Source of the DNA: Candidatus Planktophila sp.
Lineage (GTDB): Bacteria > Actinomycetota > Actinomycetes > Nanopelagicales > Nanopelagicaceae
Assembly: GCA_964201645.1 (NCBI GenBank)
Contig: CAXNEB010000001.1
Coordinates: forward strand, 1-63,701
Length of the DNA: 63,701 bases
Direction: 5' to 3'
Below are positions 11,513-21,628 of this stretch, piece by piece (position 1 is the first letter of the stretch; the number at the start of each line of letters is the position of its first letter). Below the pieces are notes generated by a model, which was not told where the DNA came from, searched no databases, and was given only the letters and a program-made list of their open reading frames with translations. The translations under genes and the position numbers were made by a program.

Positions 11513-12135
11513 TTGCGAATCTATTTGAATACGCTGAAAACTTTAATCCCGAAGATCTGGTACTAGAACATGCTCGAGCGCGTGGAGTTGAAGTAGGCGC
11601 CAATGACATCAGTGTCGGCACTGGCGTTTTTCTTCAACAACTAGCTCATCTGTTATCTGCCCAATCCGTAGTCGAAGTGGGCACCGGCTCTGGCGTTGGC
11701 AGCCTTTATTTACTACGCGGCATGATCGATAGCGGCACGCTAACTTCTATCGATGATGAGATAGAGCATGCTCGCATTGCCAAGATGGCTTTCTATGAAG
11801 CCGAGATCGAGGCGGCTCGCTTTCGCTTGATTACTAATCCGGTCATGGATGTTCTAAGCAAGTTAACTGATCGTGCATATGACTTGGTCATTTTGCGCCA
11901 CGATCCGATTGATTTAACTTACACAATCGATGAAGCTCATCGCATTTTGCGTAGTGGGGGAGTCTTAGTTATTGACTCGTTCTTTGGCGGCGGCAAAGTG
12001 CCAGATCCAGCACAGCGCGATCCCAAGACAATTGCGCTTCGCGAGGCTGGGAAAAGAATCAAAACCAACCGTGACCATTGGCAGAGTTCACTATTGCCAG
12101 TCGGTGATGGTTTGTTGATCGCTACAAAGTTGTAG
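11509..12135 (+). CDS. SAM-dependent O-methyltransferase (Rv1220c-like)
   Basis: VEVGTGSGVG, LTSID, LRSGG, LLPVGDGLL; next to htrA as in other actinobacteria. Confidence 0.88.
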   Translation: MIANLFEYAENFNPEDLVLEHARARGVEVGANDISVGTGVFLQQLAHLLSAQSVVEVGTGSGVGSLYLLRGMIDSGTLTSIDDEIEHARIAKMAFYEAEIEAARFRLITNPVMDVLSKLTDRAYDLVILRHDPIDLTYTIDEAHRILRSGGVLVIDSFFGGGKVPDPAQRDPKTIALREAGKRIKTNRDHWQSSLLPVGDGLLIATKL

Positions 12136-12147
12136 GAAGATAGTCAC

Positions 12148-13281
12148 ATGTCCAAGCCAGCGCGCATCTTCCGCCGCAAACCCAATCAATTAGTTTTCCT
12201 AGAAGATCTCGAAGTAAACGCCAGCAAGAAACGCACTCTGCCAACTGCATCAATCGTTGTGCTTGCCTTAGTTGCCGGGTTGCTCGGCGGCATTCTTGGT
12301 GGAGATGCAACTAAAGGTTTAATTTCAAGTGGCGTTAATTTAGTTTCCTCGACTTCAACCATTGAGCGCTCGCCAGATTCAGTTGCTGGTATCGCAGCGC
12401 GAGTCTTACCTTCGGTTGTGTCGATCGAGACCATGTCAAGAAGCGGTGGCGGTTCTGGTTCTGGATTTGTGATTGATCCAAATGGATATCTGTTAACTAA
12501 TAATCACGTAGTTGCAGATGCAATGACTATAAAAGTAATTCTTAATGATGGCCGTGAATATGTTGCAAAAGTACTTGGCCGCGACGAATCATATGACTTA
12601 GCAGTTTTAAAGATTAAAGTAACTGGATTAAAAGCTCTGCAATTCGGCGACAGCGATAAAGTTCAAGTCGGTGATTCGGTAATTGCCTTTGGTTCACCGC
12701 TTGGATTATCGGGCACTGTAACCCAAGGAATCATTAGCGCAAAAGATCGACCAGTAACAGCTGGCGATGACGATAGTTCAACTTCTTTTATTAGCGCGCT
12801 ACAGACTGATGCTGCAATTAATCCGGGAAACTCAGGTGGGCCACTTGTTGATGCAACAGGGGCAGTAATTGGCGTTAATTCGGCGATTGCCTCCCTTGGC
12901 AGCAGCTTAGGTGCGCAGTCAGGATCTATCGGCCTCGGTTTTGCAATTCCGATTAATCAGGCACGCAAAACTGCGGATCAATTAATTAGAGATGGCAAAG
13001 CCATATATCCGGTAATTGGCGTGGCAGTTGATATGAATTACAGCGGTGGCGGTGCGCTAATTGCGAAAAGCGCATCGGCCATCTTGGCTGGTGGGCCAGC
13101 GGCCAAAGCTGGTTTGCGTGCAGGCGACCTAATCACTGAGATAGAAGGCATAAAAATAAGTACCCCAGAGGAATTAATCGTTGAAATTCGCACACATGAC
13201 GTCGGCGACGAGGTCACCATCACTTATATCCGTGGCAAGCAGAGCCTTACTGCCAAGCTAATTCTGATCGCCGGCAAATAA
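12148..13281 (+). CDS. htrA: HtrA/DegP-type serine protease with PDZ domain
   Basis: TM anchor; LTNNHVV, YDLAV, QTDAAINPGNSGGPL; C-terminal PDZ. Confidence 0.94.
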   Translation: MSKPARIFRRKPNQLVFLEDLEVNASKKRTLPTASIVVLALVAGLLGGILGGDATKGLISSGVNLVSSTSTIERSPDSVAGIAARVLPSVVSIETMSRSGGGSGSGFVIDPNGYLLTNNHVVADAMTIKVILNDGREYVAKVLGRDESYDLAVLKIKVTGLKALQFGDSDKVQVGDSVIAFGSPLGLSGTVTQGIISAKDRPVTAGDDDSSTSFISALQTDAAINPGNSGGPLVDATGAVIGVNSAIASLGSSLGAQSGSIGLGFAIPINQARKTADQLIRDGKAIYPVIGVAVDMNYSGGGALIAKSASAILAGGPAAKAGLRAGDLITEIEGIKISTPEELIVEIRTHDVGDEVTITYIRGKQSLTAKLILIAGK

Positions 13282-13302
13282 TGCAACCGATAGGCTAGCG
13301 AG

Positions 13303-13614
13303 ATGTTCTTTGATCTCGGTGCTGGTGAATTACTCGGCTTAGCCGTGTTGGGCATGATTTTAGTTGGGCCAGAGCGTTTACCAAGGTTAGCTAGCGATGC
13401 GGCAAAGTTAGTAAAGAAGGTGCGTAATATTTCAAACTCAGCAACGGCCGAATTACGCGAGAATCTCGGGCCAGGTTTCGAAGATTTACAACCGAGCGAC
13501 TTAAACCCAAAGACTTTTATTAAGAAACAAATCAACGATGTATTGGCTCAAGAAGATGCGCCGCAGAAGAGTAAACCAACCTACGAGAGCAAAATAGATC
13601 CGGACTTAATATGA
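13303..13614 (+). CDS. tatB: Sec-independent translocase subunit TatB
   Basis: MFFDLGAGELL..GPERLP, DLNPKTFI; htrA-tatB-mrp synteny. Confidence 0.9.
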   Translation: MFFDLGAGELLGLAVLGMILVGPERLPRLASDAAKLVKKVRNISNSATAELRENLGPGFEDLQPSDLNPKTFIKKQINDVLAQEDAPQKSKPTYESKIDPDLI

Positions 13615-14732
13615 GCGTAGTAGATCAAGTTACCGAAGCTTTAACAAAAGTTCAGGATCCAGAGCTACATCGCTCTATAACCGAACTAGGCATGGTTGAC
13701 CGAGTTGATTTTAAAGATGGTCGTCTTGAACTTCATGTATTGCTAACAATCTCAGGTTGCCCAATGAAAGACCGCCTGCGCAATGATGTAACTTCTGCCG
13801 TAAGTTCAATTGAGGGTATCTCTGAGATAGATTTAACTTTCGGAGTTATGTCAGATAAACAGCGCGATAATGTGAAATCAATATTACGTAACGGCCGCGA
13901 AAAATTTATTCCATTTGCGCAACCTGATTCATTGACCCGAGTAATCGGAGTCTCATCAGGCAAAGGCGGGGTTGGCAAATCTTCAGTTACAGCGAATTTA
14001 GCAATCGCAGCTGCTAACCAAGGGCTGAAAGTCGGAATTCTCGATGCCGATGTTTATGGCCATTCAATTCCTCGGTTAATGGGCTTAATCGGGCAGCGGC
14101 CAACTGCCATTGATCAAATGTTTATCCCGCTTGAGTCATATGGTGTTAAGACGGTATCAATGGAGATGTTCAAGCCCGAGCGCTCTGATGCGGTTGCTTA
14201 TCGCGGCCCGCTTTTACACAAAGTCCTAGAGCAACTTTTGTCCGATGCCTATTGGGGCGATCTTGATTTACTACTTTTGGATTTACCACCAGGAACCGGC
14301 GATTTAGCGATCTCACTCGGACAATTGATTCCATCATCAGAAATCTTGGTGGTTACTACTCCACAAATTGCTGCCGCTGAAGTAGCAGAACGTGCCGGGC
14401 GCATTGCTCACCAAATGAAACAACATGTTATTGGCGTAATTGAAAATATGTCAGCATTTCCATGCCCAACTTGTGCTGAAACTATTTCGCTCTTTGGTGA
14501 AGGTGGCGGAGCTGAAACTGCTAAACGACTTTCACTATTAGTTGGCAAAGATGTGCCAATTTTGGGTCAGATTCCATTTAGTCCAGCACTTCGCGAAGGT
14601 GGCGATACCGGAATTCCAGTCGTTGTCTCTAACCCCGAAAGCTATGCAGCAAAAGTTTTTGATGAAATTATTGCGCGAATTATCGTGCGCCCGAAATCTT
14701 TAGTCGGCGTTCGGCTTGGGTTGAGTACTTAA
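13611..14732 (+). CDS. mrp: Mrp/ApbC/NBP35 Fe-S cluster carrier ATPase
   Basis: N-terminal DPEL..GCP domain; SGKGGVGKS, DLPPGTGD, ENMS..CPTC. Confidence 0.94.
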   Translation: MSVVDQVTEALTKVQDPELHRSITELGMVDRVDFKDGRLELHVLLTISGCPMKDRLRNDVTSAVSSIEGISEIDLTFGVMSDKQRDNVKSILRNGREKFIPFAQPDSLTRVIGVSSGKGGVGKSSVTANLAIAAANQGLKVGILDADVYGHSIPRLMGLIGQRPTAIDQMFIPLESYGVKTVSMEMFKPERSDAVAYRGPLLHKVLEQLLSDAYWGDLDLLLLDLPPGTGDLAISLGQLIPSSEILVVTTPQIAAAEVAERAGRIAHQMKQHVIGVIENMSAFPCPTCAETISLFGEGGGAETAKRLSLLVGKDVPILGQIPFSPALREGGDTGIPVVVSNPESYAAKVFDEIIARIIVRPKSLVGVRLGLST

Positions 14733-15197
14733 TTTCTTCTCAATTTCTTCAACTAAATCAGATAGTTCGCTGCGCATAAAGTCGCGAGTAGCAACCTCGC
14801 CTATTGCGCTGCGCAAACTTGCAAGTTCGCGAGTTAGGTATTCAGTATCTGCAATGCTGCGCTCGTTCTGAGCACGATCTTCGTTACTTTGAATTCGATC
14901 TCGATCAGCTTGACGATTTTGCGCTAACAAAATTAGAGGTGCAGCGTACGATGCTTGCAGCGAGAGAATTAAGGTCAAAAAAATAAATGGGTAGCTATCC
15001 CAACGTAGATTTGTTGGGGCAAATGCATTCCAGATAACCCATGTTGCTACAAATGCGGTCATGTAAACCAAGAATCGTGCGGTTCCGAGGAAGCGCGCAA
15101 AACTCTCAGATAAGCGACCAAAAGTTTCTGGATCATAATTCGGGCGAAGCGTGCGGCCCTTGCTACGAGGGGTGTCTAAACCATCATTGCGCGCCAT
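14700..15197 (-). CDS. DUF1003 membrane protein
   Basis: DSYPFIFLTLILSLQASYAAPLILLAQNRQ. Confidence 0.92.
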   Translation of the reverse strand: MARNDGLDTPRSKGRTLRPNYDPETFGRLSESFARFLGTARFLVYMTAFVATWVIWNAFAPTNLRWDSYPFIFLTLILSLQASYAAPLILLAQNRQADRDRIQSNEDRAQNERSIADTEYLTRELASLRSAIGEVATRDFMRSELSDLVEEIEKKLSTQPKPNAD

Positions 15198-15199
15198 GG

Positions 15200-16486
15200 T
15201 TAGCCCTCCAATTCAGTATTTACTTTAATTGAACTTCGCGAAAGATCGCGATGATTGTGACGCCAGTTCTCTGGCAATAAGTGATCGAGTACGTCATCAA
15301 CTGTGACAGCCCCTAATAATCGATCGTTAGCATCTATAACTGGCAATGAAAGCAGGTTATAACTGGCTAAGTATGACGAAACTTCATTCAAATTCGCATC
15401 TGGATTAAGCCCTTGCGTATTTGTATCTACGATTGAGCCCAGCAGTGTCGCTGGTGGCTCGCGCAGTAAACGTTGGTAGTGAACGATTCCCATTAAGCGC
15501 CCCGTCGGAGTCTCGAGCGGTTGGCGGCAGACGAAAATTTGCGAGGCAAGCGCTGGCGAAATTTCACTTTTGCGAACTGCTGCAAGTGCTTCGGCAACTG
15601 TGGAATCGGCTGACATCACTAACGGCTCAGTTGTCATCATGCCACCGGCTGAATAATCTTCATAGTTCATCAACCGCAGAACATCTTCAGCATCTTCTGG
15701 TTCCATTAATTCAATTAGTGCATCAGCACGTTCTTGGCCCAGTTCGCGCAACAAGTCAGCTGCATCATCAGGGTCCATCTCACCGAGCACGTCAGCTGCG
15801 CGCTCGCCTTCGAGTTCAGTTAGCAATGCGACCCGATGAATTTCATCCATTTCCTCAAGCACATCTGCCAGACGCTCATCATCTAACCCACGAGCTACTT
15901 CGACCCGACGCTTCGATGGTAAATCTTGCAGCACTGTCGCCAAATCGGCTGGGCGCAACGTGCTCAATGTGTGAAGTAAATTAGTTACGCCTTGATTTGG
16001 TTCGACATTGGCAAAACCAGTCACTTCTTCCCAGGCCAGAGTTGATGCTGGGCCTTTGCGACGTAATCCACGTGACTTGCGCATGATGTGAACTTTATTG
16101 ATTAACCAATCGCCATTGCGATTTTGTTCCATCGCCATATCTTCAACTACTACATTCTCGCCCGATTCAATTAAGGTAATTGAACGATCGAGCATGTCAC
16201 CTAGAACTAAAACTTCACCGGTGCGAACTTCAAAGCGACGCATGTTTACTAAGCCAGTGATGATTACTGTGCCGCTTTCAATTGAAGTGACTCTAGTAAT
16301 TGGTACGAAAACTCGGCGACGCATTGGTACTTCAACGACTAAACCAAGAATTCGAGGCTGAGCGTTATTTGTGCGAAGGGTCGCCACAGCATCTCGCACC
16401 TTGCCGACTGGATCTCCGTTTGGATCAAATACTGCAGTTCCGGCTAATCGGGCGAGGAAGATTCGGTTTAATGTGTTCCCGCTCAT
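15200..16486 (-). CDS. MgtE intracellular N-domain/CBS-domain protein (Rv1232c-like, with PRC barrel)
   Basis: PADLA, DDERLADVLEEM, AGGMMTTEP, GAVTVDDVLD; no TM domain. Confidence 0.88.
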   Translation of the reverse strand: MSGNTLNRIFLARLAGTAVFDPNGDPVGKVRDAVATLRTNNAQPRILGLVVEVPMRRRVFVPITRVTSIESGTVIITGLVNMRRFEVRTGEVLVLGDMLDRSITLIESGENVVVEDMAMEQNRNGDWLINKVHIMRKSRGLRRKGPASTLAWEEVTGFANVEPNQGVTNLLHTLSTLRPADLATVLQDLPSKRRVEVARGLDDERLADVLEEMDEIHRVALLTELEGERAADVLGEMDPDDAADLLRELGQERADALIELMEPEDAEDVLRLMNYEDYSAGGMMTTEPLVMSADSTVAEALAAVRKSEISPALASQIFVCRQPLETPTGRLMGIVHYQRLLREPPATLLGSIVDTNTQGLNPDANLNEVSSYLASYNLLSLPVIDANDRLLGAVTVDDVLDHLLPENWRHNHRDLSRSSIKVNTELEG

Positions 16487-16536
16487 GGGCTAAGGGTAAC
16501 TGCTTTATCAGGGGCGATGCGCGCTACCTTTAGCCA

Positions 16537-17415
16537 ATGAGTCGAGATAGCGTCACAACAATGCCCGCCCGCGGCGATCAGATTCGCATGGGGATAGGCA
16601 TACTTGGCATCGGAACTTCAGGCCCATTAATTGCAATGAGTGCAATGCCAATTTGGGTGTTGATTTTCTGGCGAAATCTTGGTGGTTCAATTCTTACCGC
16701 TCCATTTGCAATCAGACACCATCCTGATCGCAATGGCATCAAATGGTCTGCTTTTGCGGGCTTTATTCTGGCTTTGCACTTCGGCGGCTTCTTTCTTGCC
16801 ATGCGCTACACCAGCGTTGCATCAGGAACTGCAATCGTTGCGCTTCAGCCCATATTCGCAGCGATCTTTGTAAAACTCTCTGGCCAACACATACCTTCAA
16901 AAGTTTGGCTAGGAATGGGTGTTGCCTTTCTGGGCGTTCTGCTGATTTCCGGAGTGGATTTACAAATTTCTTTTCGCGCATTTCTAGGGGATATAGCGGC
17001 GCTAGTTTCAGCTGCACTTGCGGCTGGCTACATGATGGCTGGCTCGCGTGCGCAACGAACCCTTGAAACAACTACATATACAACGGTTTGCTATCTTGTT
17101 TGCGCGCTCACAGCGATTCCTATCGCACTTCTTAGTGGAAACCAATTGTTTGATTACTCTACGCGCGATTGGTGGATCTTAATTGGGTTAATTGCTGGTG
17201 CTCAGATTTTGGGTCACACCATGTTTAACTCAGCTTTGAAGCGGGTGTCACCTGCAATTGTTTCGCTGATCGTCTTTTTTGAAGTTCCAGTTAGTGCACT
17301 GCTAGCAGTGTGGTGGATGGGTCAGAAACCACCAATTGGAATCATTCCAGGAGTTGTCCTGATTTTAGTTGGCTGTGCTTTAGTGGTAATCAGAGGTCGC
17401 GAATCAAATGATTGA
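16537..17415 (+). CDS. DMT/EamA family transporter
   Basis: about 10 TM helices; YTSVASG, GHTMFN, FEVPV. Confidence 0.88.
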   Translation: MSRDSVTTMPARGDQIRMGIGILGIGTSGPLIAMSAMPIWVLIFWRNLGGSILTAPFAIRHHPDRNGIKWSAFAGFILALHFGGFFLAMRYTSVASGTAIVALQPIFAAIFVKLSGQHIPSKVWLGMGVAFLGVLLISGVDLQISFRAFLGDIAALVSAALAAGYMMAGSRAQRTLETTTYTTVCYLVCALTAIPIALLSGNQLFDYSTRDWWILIGLIAGAQILGHTMFNSALKRVSPAIVSLIVFFEVPVSALLAVWWMGQKPPIGIIPGVVLILVGCALVVIRGRESND

Positions 17416-18253
17416 TTTACATACTCACACCACTGTCAGTGATGGCACTGATACCCCAGCCCAACTAGTAAATAAGGCGCTGGCACAAGGTTTAGATACT
17501 TTGGCAATCACCGATCATGATGCAATTGCTGGGTGGTCGAGTGCTGTTCAAACTTTACGTGGTGAACTTAAACTAGTTCTAGGCGCTGAGATTTCGTGCC
17601 TAACCAAAACGGGCGTCAGCGTTCACATGCTCGGCCTACTTTTTGATGGCACTAACGCAGTTTTGCTCGAAGCCCTTGAAAATACTCGTGACGATCGCTT
17701 GCCACGAATGCGCAAAATGATTGAGTTAATGCAAGCCGATGGCATCGATATTTCAATCACAGATGTTGAAGCTGCAATGCCGCCAGGAGCCACCATGGGA
17801 AGACCACACTTAGCAGATGCGCTAGTTTCCAAGAAAATAATTAAGTCTCGTGATGAAGCTTTTGTCGAGCTGCTCAACAATGAATCTAAATATTATGTTA
17901 CTCACTTTGCCCCAACCCCAGTTGATGCAATTAAATTGATTCGAGCTGCCGGGGGAGTAGCGGTCATCGCCCACCCGTTTGCATCACTGCGTGGACAAAT
18001 ATTGCAAAGTTCAGACTTTATTGATCTTAAAGCAGCTGGTTTAAATGGCATTGAGGTAAACCATCGGGACCAGAGCACTGAAGAACGCCTGAGTTTATTG
18101 AGCATCGCAAGTGATTTAGATCTAGTTATGACTGGTTCGAGTGATTACCACGGTACTGGCAAATTAAACTCGTTAGGCGAAAACGTTACTGATCCAGCAG
18201 AATGGGAACGTTTAGAAGCAATGGCTGATGCACGAAGGGTGGTAACTGCATGA
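17408..18253 (+). CDS. PHP-domain metal-dependent phosphoesterase
   Basis: IDLHTHTTVSDG, AITDHD, GRPHLA, AHP, GSSDYHG. Confidence 0.92.
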   Translation: MIDLHTHTTVSDGTDTPAQLVNKALAQGLDTLAITDHDAIAGWSSAVQTLRGELKLVLGAEISCLTKTGVSVHMLGLLFDGTNAVLLEALENTRDDRLPRMRKMIELMQADGIDISITDVEAAMPPGATMGRPHLADALVSKKIIKSRDEAFVELLNNESKYYVTHFAPTPVDAIKLIRAAGGVAVIAHPFASLRGQILQSSDFIDLKAAGLNGIEVNHRDQSTEERLSLLSIASDLDLVMTGSSDYHGTGKLNSLGENVTDPAEWERLEAMADARRVVTA

Positions 18254-18867
18254 ATCTTGCTGAAGTTAGCGCGATCACTTTTGCGATTCAAAGTTTTGTA
18301 ACCCTTTTTGTTATTTTTGATCCACCAGGTGCGGCGCCAATCTTTCTAGGTTTAGTTGCCGATCGAACACCTAAAGAACGTCGCAAATTAGCGGTGCAAG
18401 CTGCCAGCGTTTCTCTTTTTGTAATTTCATTTTTTGCGATTTTTGGCCAATTTATTCTGGATTATCTGCATATCTCGATTGCCTCTCTTCAAGCTGCTGG
18501 TGGTCTTTTGCTGCTACTAGTTTCCCTTGAGTTGTTAACTGGTAAGGATTCAGGTTCAACTGAGGCACGCGATAAGAACGTGGCGCTAGTGCCACTTGGC
18601 ACTCCACTATTAGCGGGCCCAGGTGCGATTGTGGCCACCATGATTTTCGTACAACAAGTTCAAAATACTGGTCAAGCAATTGGTTTAGTTGCAGCTGTAC
18701 TTGCTGTTCATATCGTTATTGCACTTGTGCTTATTTCTTCAACTACGATTTTGAAAGTTATTAAGGAAGCTGGCGTAAATTTGGTAGCCCGCATAGCCGG
18801 ACTTTTGCTAGCTGCGATTTCGGTTCAGATGCTGGTCGATGCGATTAGAGCCTTCATAGCGCAATGA
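18250..18867 (+). CDS. marC: MarC family membrane protein
   Basis: DPPG..PIF, VPLGTPLLAGPGAI, RIAGLLL. Confidence 0.9.
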   Translation: MNLAEVSAITFAIQSFVTLFVIFDPPGAAPIFLGLVADRTPKERRKLAVQAASVSLFVISFFAIFGQFILDYLHISIASLQAAGGLLLLLVSLELLTGKDSGSTEARDKNVALVPLGTPLLAGPGAIVATMIFVQQVQNTGQAIGLVAAVLAVHIVIALVLISSTTILKVIKEAGVNLVARIAGLLLAAISVQMLVDAIRAFIAQ

Positions 18868-19658
18868 GTACCGTCGAGCTAGGTTTATTTTCACCGTCAT
18901 CAATTACCTGGAAGATTCATTCAGATCCAGCAATGCTAATTGGTGGTATTCGTGCCCTATTTCAACAAGCACTTCATCCGCAAGCTATGGCTGGTGTTGC
19001 CGAACATTCTAATTTTCGTGAAGATGCTTGGGGTCGCTTACAACGCACAGGTGATTACGTAACAGTGGTTACTTTTGGTACGCCAGCGGAGGCAAATGCA
19101 TTGACTGCTCGAGTGCGAAAAATACATACTCACCTTGGCCTAGATGATCCGAAACTATTGCTTTGGGTTCATATGTCAATGGTTGATTCATTTTTAGATG
19201 TAGCGGTTAGATCTGGGCTCAAGTTAACAGAAGCAGAACAAGATCAGTATCTTTCCGAAATGGTGTTATTTGCAAAGGCAGTAGGTATTGATGAGTTAAT
19301 GGTTCCAAAAAATGTGGCTGAAATGAAGCAATACTTCATTGATATTGCACCTGAATTAATTGCTAGCGATGATGCCAAGCGTGCCGCCCTATTTTTAACG
19401 ATTCCGCCTCTGCCAACTGCAGTACGTTTTGCAACTCCGGCAGCTCCGGCCTGGGCCGCAGTTGCTGCATTAGCTGGCGCTGCCTTACCTAATTGGGCTC
19501 GCGCACTTTACGGCTGGCCAACTCTGCCAGGGCAAGGGTTAGCAACTGATATCGCCATGACAGCACTTCGCAAGAGTTTGCTCGTTCTGCCCTTTGATGG
19601 ATTGTTGCCACCAGTTTTAATCGAAGCCAAAATCCGTTGGGGAGTAAACGCCGCATGA
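18864..19658 (+). CDS. oxygenase MpaB/DUF2236 family protein
   Basis: SITWKIH, QALHP.AMAGVAEHS.FREDAWGRLQRT, LLLWVH. Confidence 0.87.
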   Translation: MSTVELGLFSPSSITWKIHSDPAMLIGGIRALFQQALHPQAMAGVAEHSNFREDAWGRLQRTGDYVTVVTFGTPAEANALTARVRKIHTHLGLDDPKLLLWVHMSMVDSFLDVAVRSGLKLTEAEQDQYLSEMVLFAKAVGIDELMVPKNVAEMKQYFIDIAPELIASDDAKRAALFLTIPPLPTAVRFATPAAPAWAAVAALAGAALPNWARALYGWPTLPGQGLATDIAMTALRKSLLVLPFDGLLPPVLIEAKIRWGVNAA

Positions 19659-20284
19659 GTACCCCAATCGTTGTATTAGCTAGTTTCGCTGGCGGAGTGG
19701 GTAAAACAACTTTAACCCACGCATTGGCGGTGGCTTGCGCAGAATTTGGCAAGAAAGCTTTAGTAATTGATTTAGATTCATCAGGGGCGCTAACTTTCAA
19801 ACTTGGCCACGAACGCACTCGCGAGAATGTAATTAACTGCAGCGAACGCTTTGATCTACGACCACACACCGCAACTGATTCGATAACTGCTTTGATCGCA
19901 GAAATTCCGGAAAAATACGATTTACTCTTAATTGATTCAGCACCCATTTTTACGGCTGAGTTAGAAGAAGTTTTAAAAAGCGCCCAATTAGTTATCACGC
20001 CAGTGCGAGAGAGCATTCATTCCCTTAGAGGCGCTTTATCAGTCATGAAGATAACTTCTGCGCCATTTAAGGCTTTGCCATATTTCGCCGCAAATAATTC
20101 TGAGTTAGCCAAAGTGATTGCCACCGAATTAAATTTGCTAGATGGCGAAATTTCAATAGCAGCTGAAGTATTAGCCGCTGAAGCTAAATCCATTAGCGTA
20201 TTGACTGATAATAAAAATTGTAATGTGGCTCAGCAATATCGTGATGCTGCTTATTCGATCTTAGAAGAACTTAATATTTTTTAG
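19655..20284 (+). CDS. short, divergent ParA/Soj-family ATPase
   Basis: FAGGVGKTT, LVIDLD, YDLLLIDSAP; ATG 19655 overlaps the upstream stop. Confidence 0.78.
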   Translation: MSTPIVVLASFAGGVGKTTLTHALAVACAEFGKKALVIDLDSSGALTFKLGHERTRENVINCSERFDLRPHTATDSITALIAEIPEKYDLLLIDSAPIFTAELEEVLKSAQLVITPVRESIHSLRGALSVMKITSAPFKALPYFAANNSELAKVIATELNLLDGEISIAAEVLAAEAKSISVLTDNKNCNVAQQYRDAAYSILEELNIF

Positions 20285-21627
20285 TCAGAAATTCGCTTAG
20301 TACGAACTCGATCACGCTTTACCCGCTCCGTTTTAGGCTTTTCGGGCGCACTCTTGCTCTTTGGCTTATCTGTCGACGGGGCGCTCTTAACAGGCGCTAT
20401 TTTCTTGGCCACATTCATCCGGCCAGTAGAGCCAGCTGGAATCTTGAATTTAGAGAATAGGGAATCAGAGGAAGAATAAGTTTCTTCAGGTTCACCCAGA
20501 TTTAGATTTAGCGCTGTGTCAATCATTTTCCAGCGAGCTAGTTCATCCCAGTCGACAAAAGTCACTGAAATGCCATGTGCACCAGCGCGAGCAGTACGCC
20601 CAATACGGTGCACGTAAGTCTTTTCATCTTCTGGGCATTGGTAATTAACTACGTGCGTAATGCCATCAATATCAATTCCGCGAGCAGCAACATCGGTTGC
20701 AACTAGTACATCGGATTTTCCAGCTTTGAAGTCATTGAGTGCTTTTTCGCGAGCGCCTTGACCAAGATCGCCATGAATAGTGTCTGACCTAAATCCACGT
20801 TCTAACAGATCATCAGCAGTTTTCTGGCAAGTCCGCTTTGTACGGCAGAAGACAATCGTTGGTCCGCGACCTTCAGATTGCAGAATACGAGCTAGCATTT
20901 CAATTTTATCCAAAGCATGTGCGCGTACAACATGTTGTTCGATCTTAGAAACTACGGCGCCTTCATCTTCATTATCTTGCGTACGAATGTGTACTGGCTG
21001 ATTCATAAAGCGACGAGCAAGAGCGATGATGTCACCAGGCATGGTTGCTGAAAAAAGCATTGTTTGTTGACGATTAGGAGTGCTGGTAAAGATTTTTTCT
21101 ACATCTGGCAGGAAGCCTAGATCCAACATCTCGTCGGCTTCATCTAGAACTAAACGTGAAACGTTCTTAAGCTTTAATTGTCCTTGACGATAAAGATCAA
21201 GTAGGCGACCCGGGGTTCCGACCACGATTTCAACGCCTTGATCAAGTGCTTCGATTTGTGGCTCAAAGGCGCGGCCACCATAGACAGCCAGTACTCGAAC
21301 TCCGCGATTGCCAACCAGTTCAGAAATATCCTTGGTTACTTGCACGCAAAGTTCGCGCGTTGGTACGACAACAAGTGCTTGTGGTTGACCCTTAAATTCA
21401 AGGGCATCCCATTCGGCATCAAGTGGCGCGATGATGCGCTCAATAATTGGAATACCAAAACCCAGCGTCTTTCCAGTACCCGTTTTAGCTTGACCAATAA
21501 CATCGCCATCAGAGAGTGCGATTGGTAGTACAGCTTCTTGAATTGGAAACGGCGAAGTAAAACCATGCGCAGTTAGCGCATCAATTGTTGATTTACGTAA
21601 AGGTAGATCTGCGAAAGTTATAGACAC
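20281..21627 (-). CDS. DEAD-box RNA helicase (Rv3211/RhlE-like)
   Basis: AKTGTGKT, PTREL, DEAD, SAT, ARGID, HRIGRTAR; GTG 21627 directly after the DUF3107 stop. Confidence 0.95.
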   Translation of the reverse strand: MSITFADLPLRKSTIDALTAHGFTSPFPIQEAVLPIALSDGDVIGQAKTGTGKTLGFGIPIIERIIAPLDAEWDALEFKGQPQALVVVPTRELCVQVTKDISELVGNRGVRVLAVYGGRAFEPQIEALDQGVEIVVGTPGRLLDLYRQGQLKLKNVSRLVLDEADEMLDLGFLPDVEKIFTSTPNRQQTMLFSATMPGDIIALARRFMNQPVHIRTQDNEDEGAVVSKIEQHVVRAHALDKIEMLARILQSEGRGPTIVFCRTKRTCQKTADDLLERGFRSDTIHGDLGQGAREKALNDFKAGKSDVLVATDVAARGIDIDGITHVVNYQCPEDEKTYVHRIGRTARAGAHGISVTFVDWDELARWKMIDTALNLNLGEPEETYSSSDSLFSKFKIPAGSTGRMNVAKKIAPVKSAPSTDKPKSKSAPEKPKTERVKRDRVRTKRISD

Positions 21628-21628
21628 G

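Noticed and set aside
14700-14732. Convergent 3' overlaps (also 7542-7562 and 55345-55359)
   Set aside because: Short tail-to-tail overlaps are expected in streamlined genomes; no sign of an additional function.
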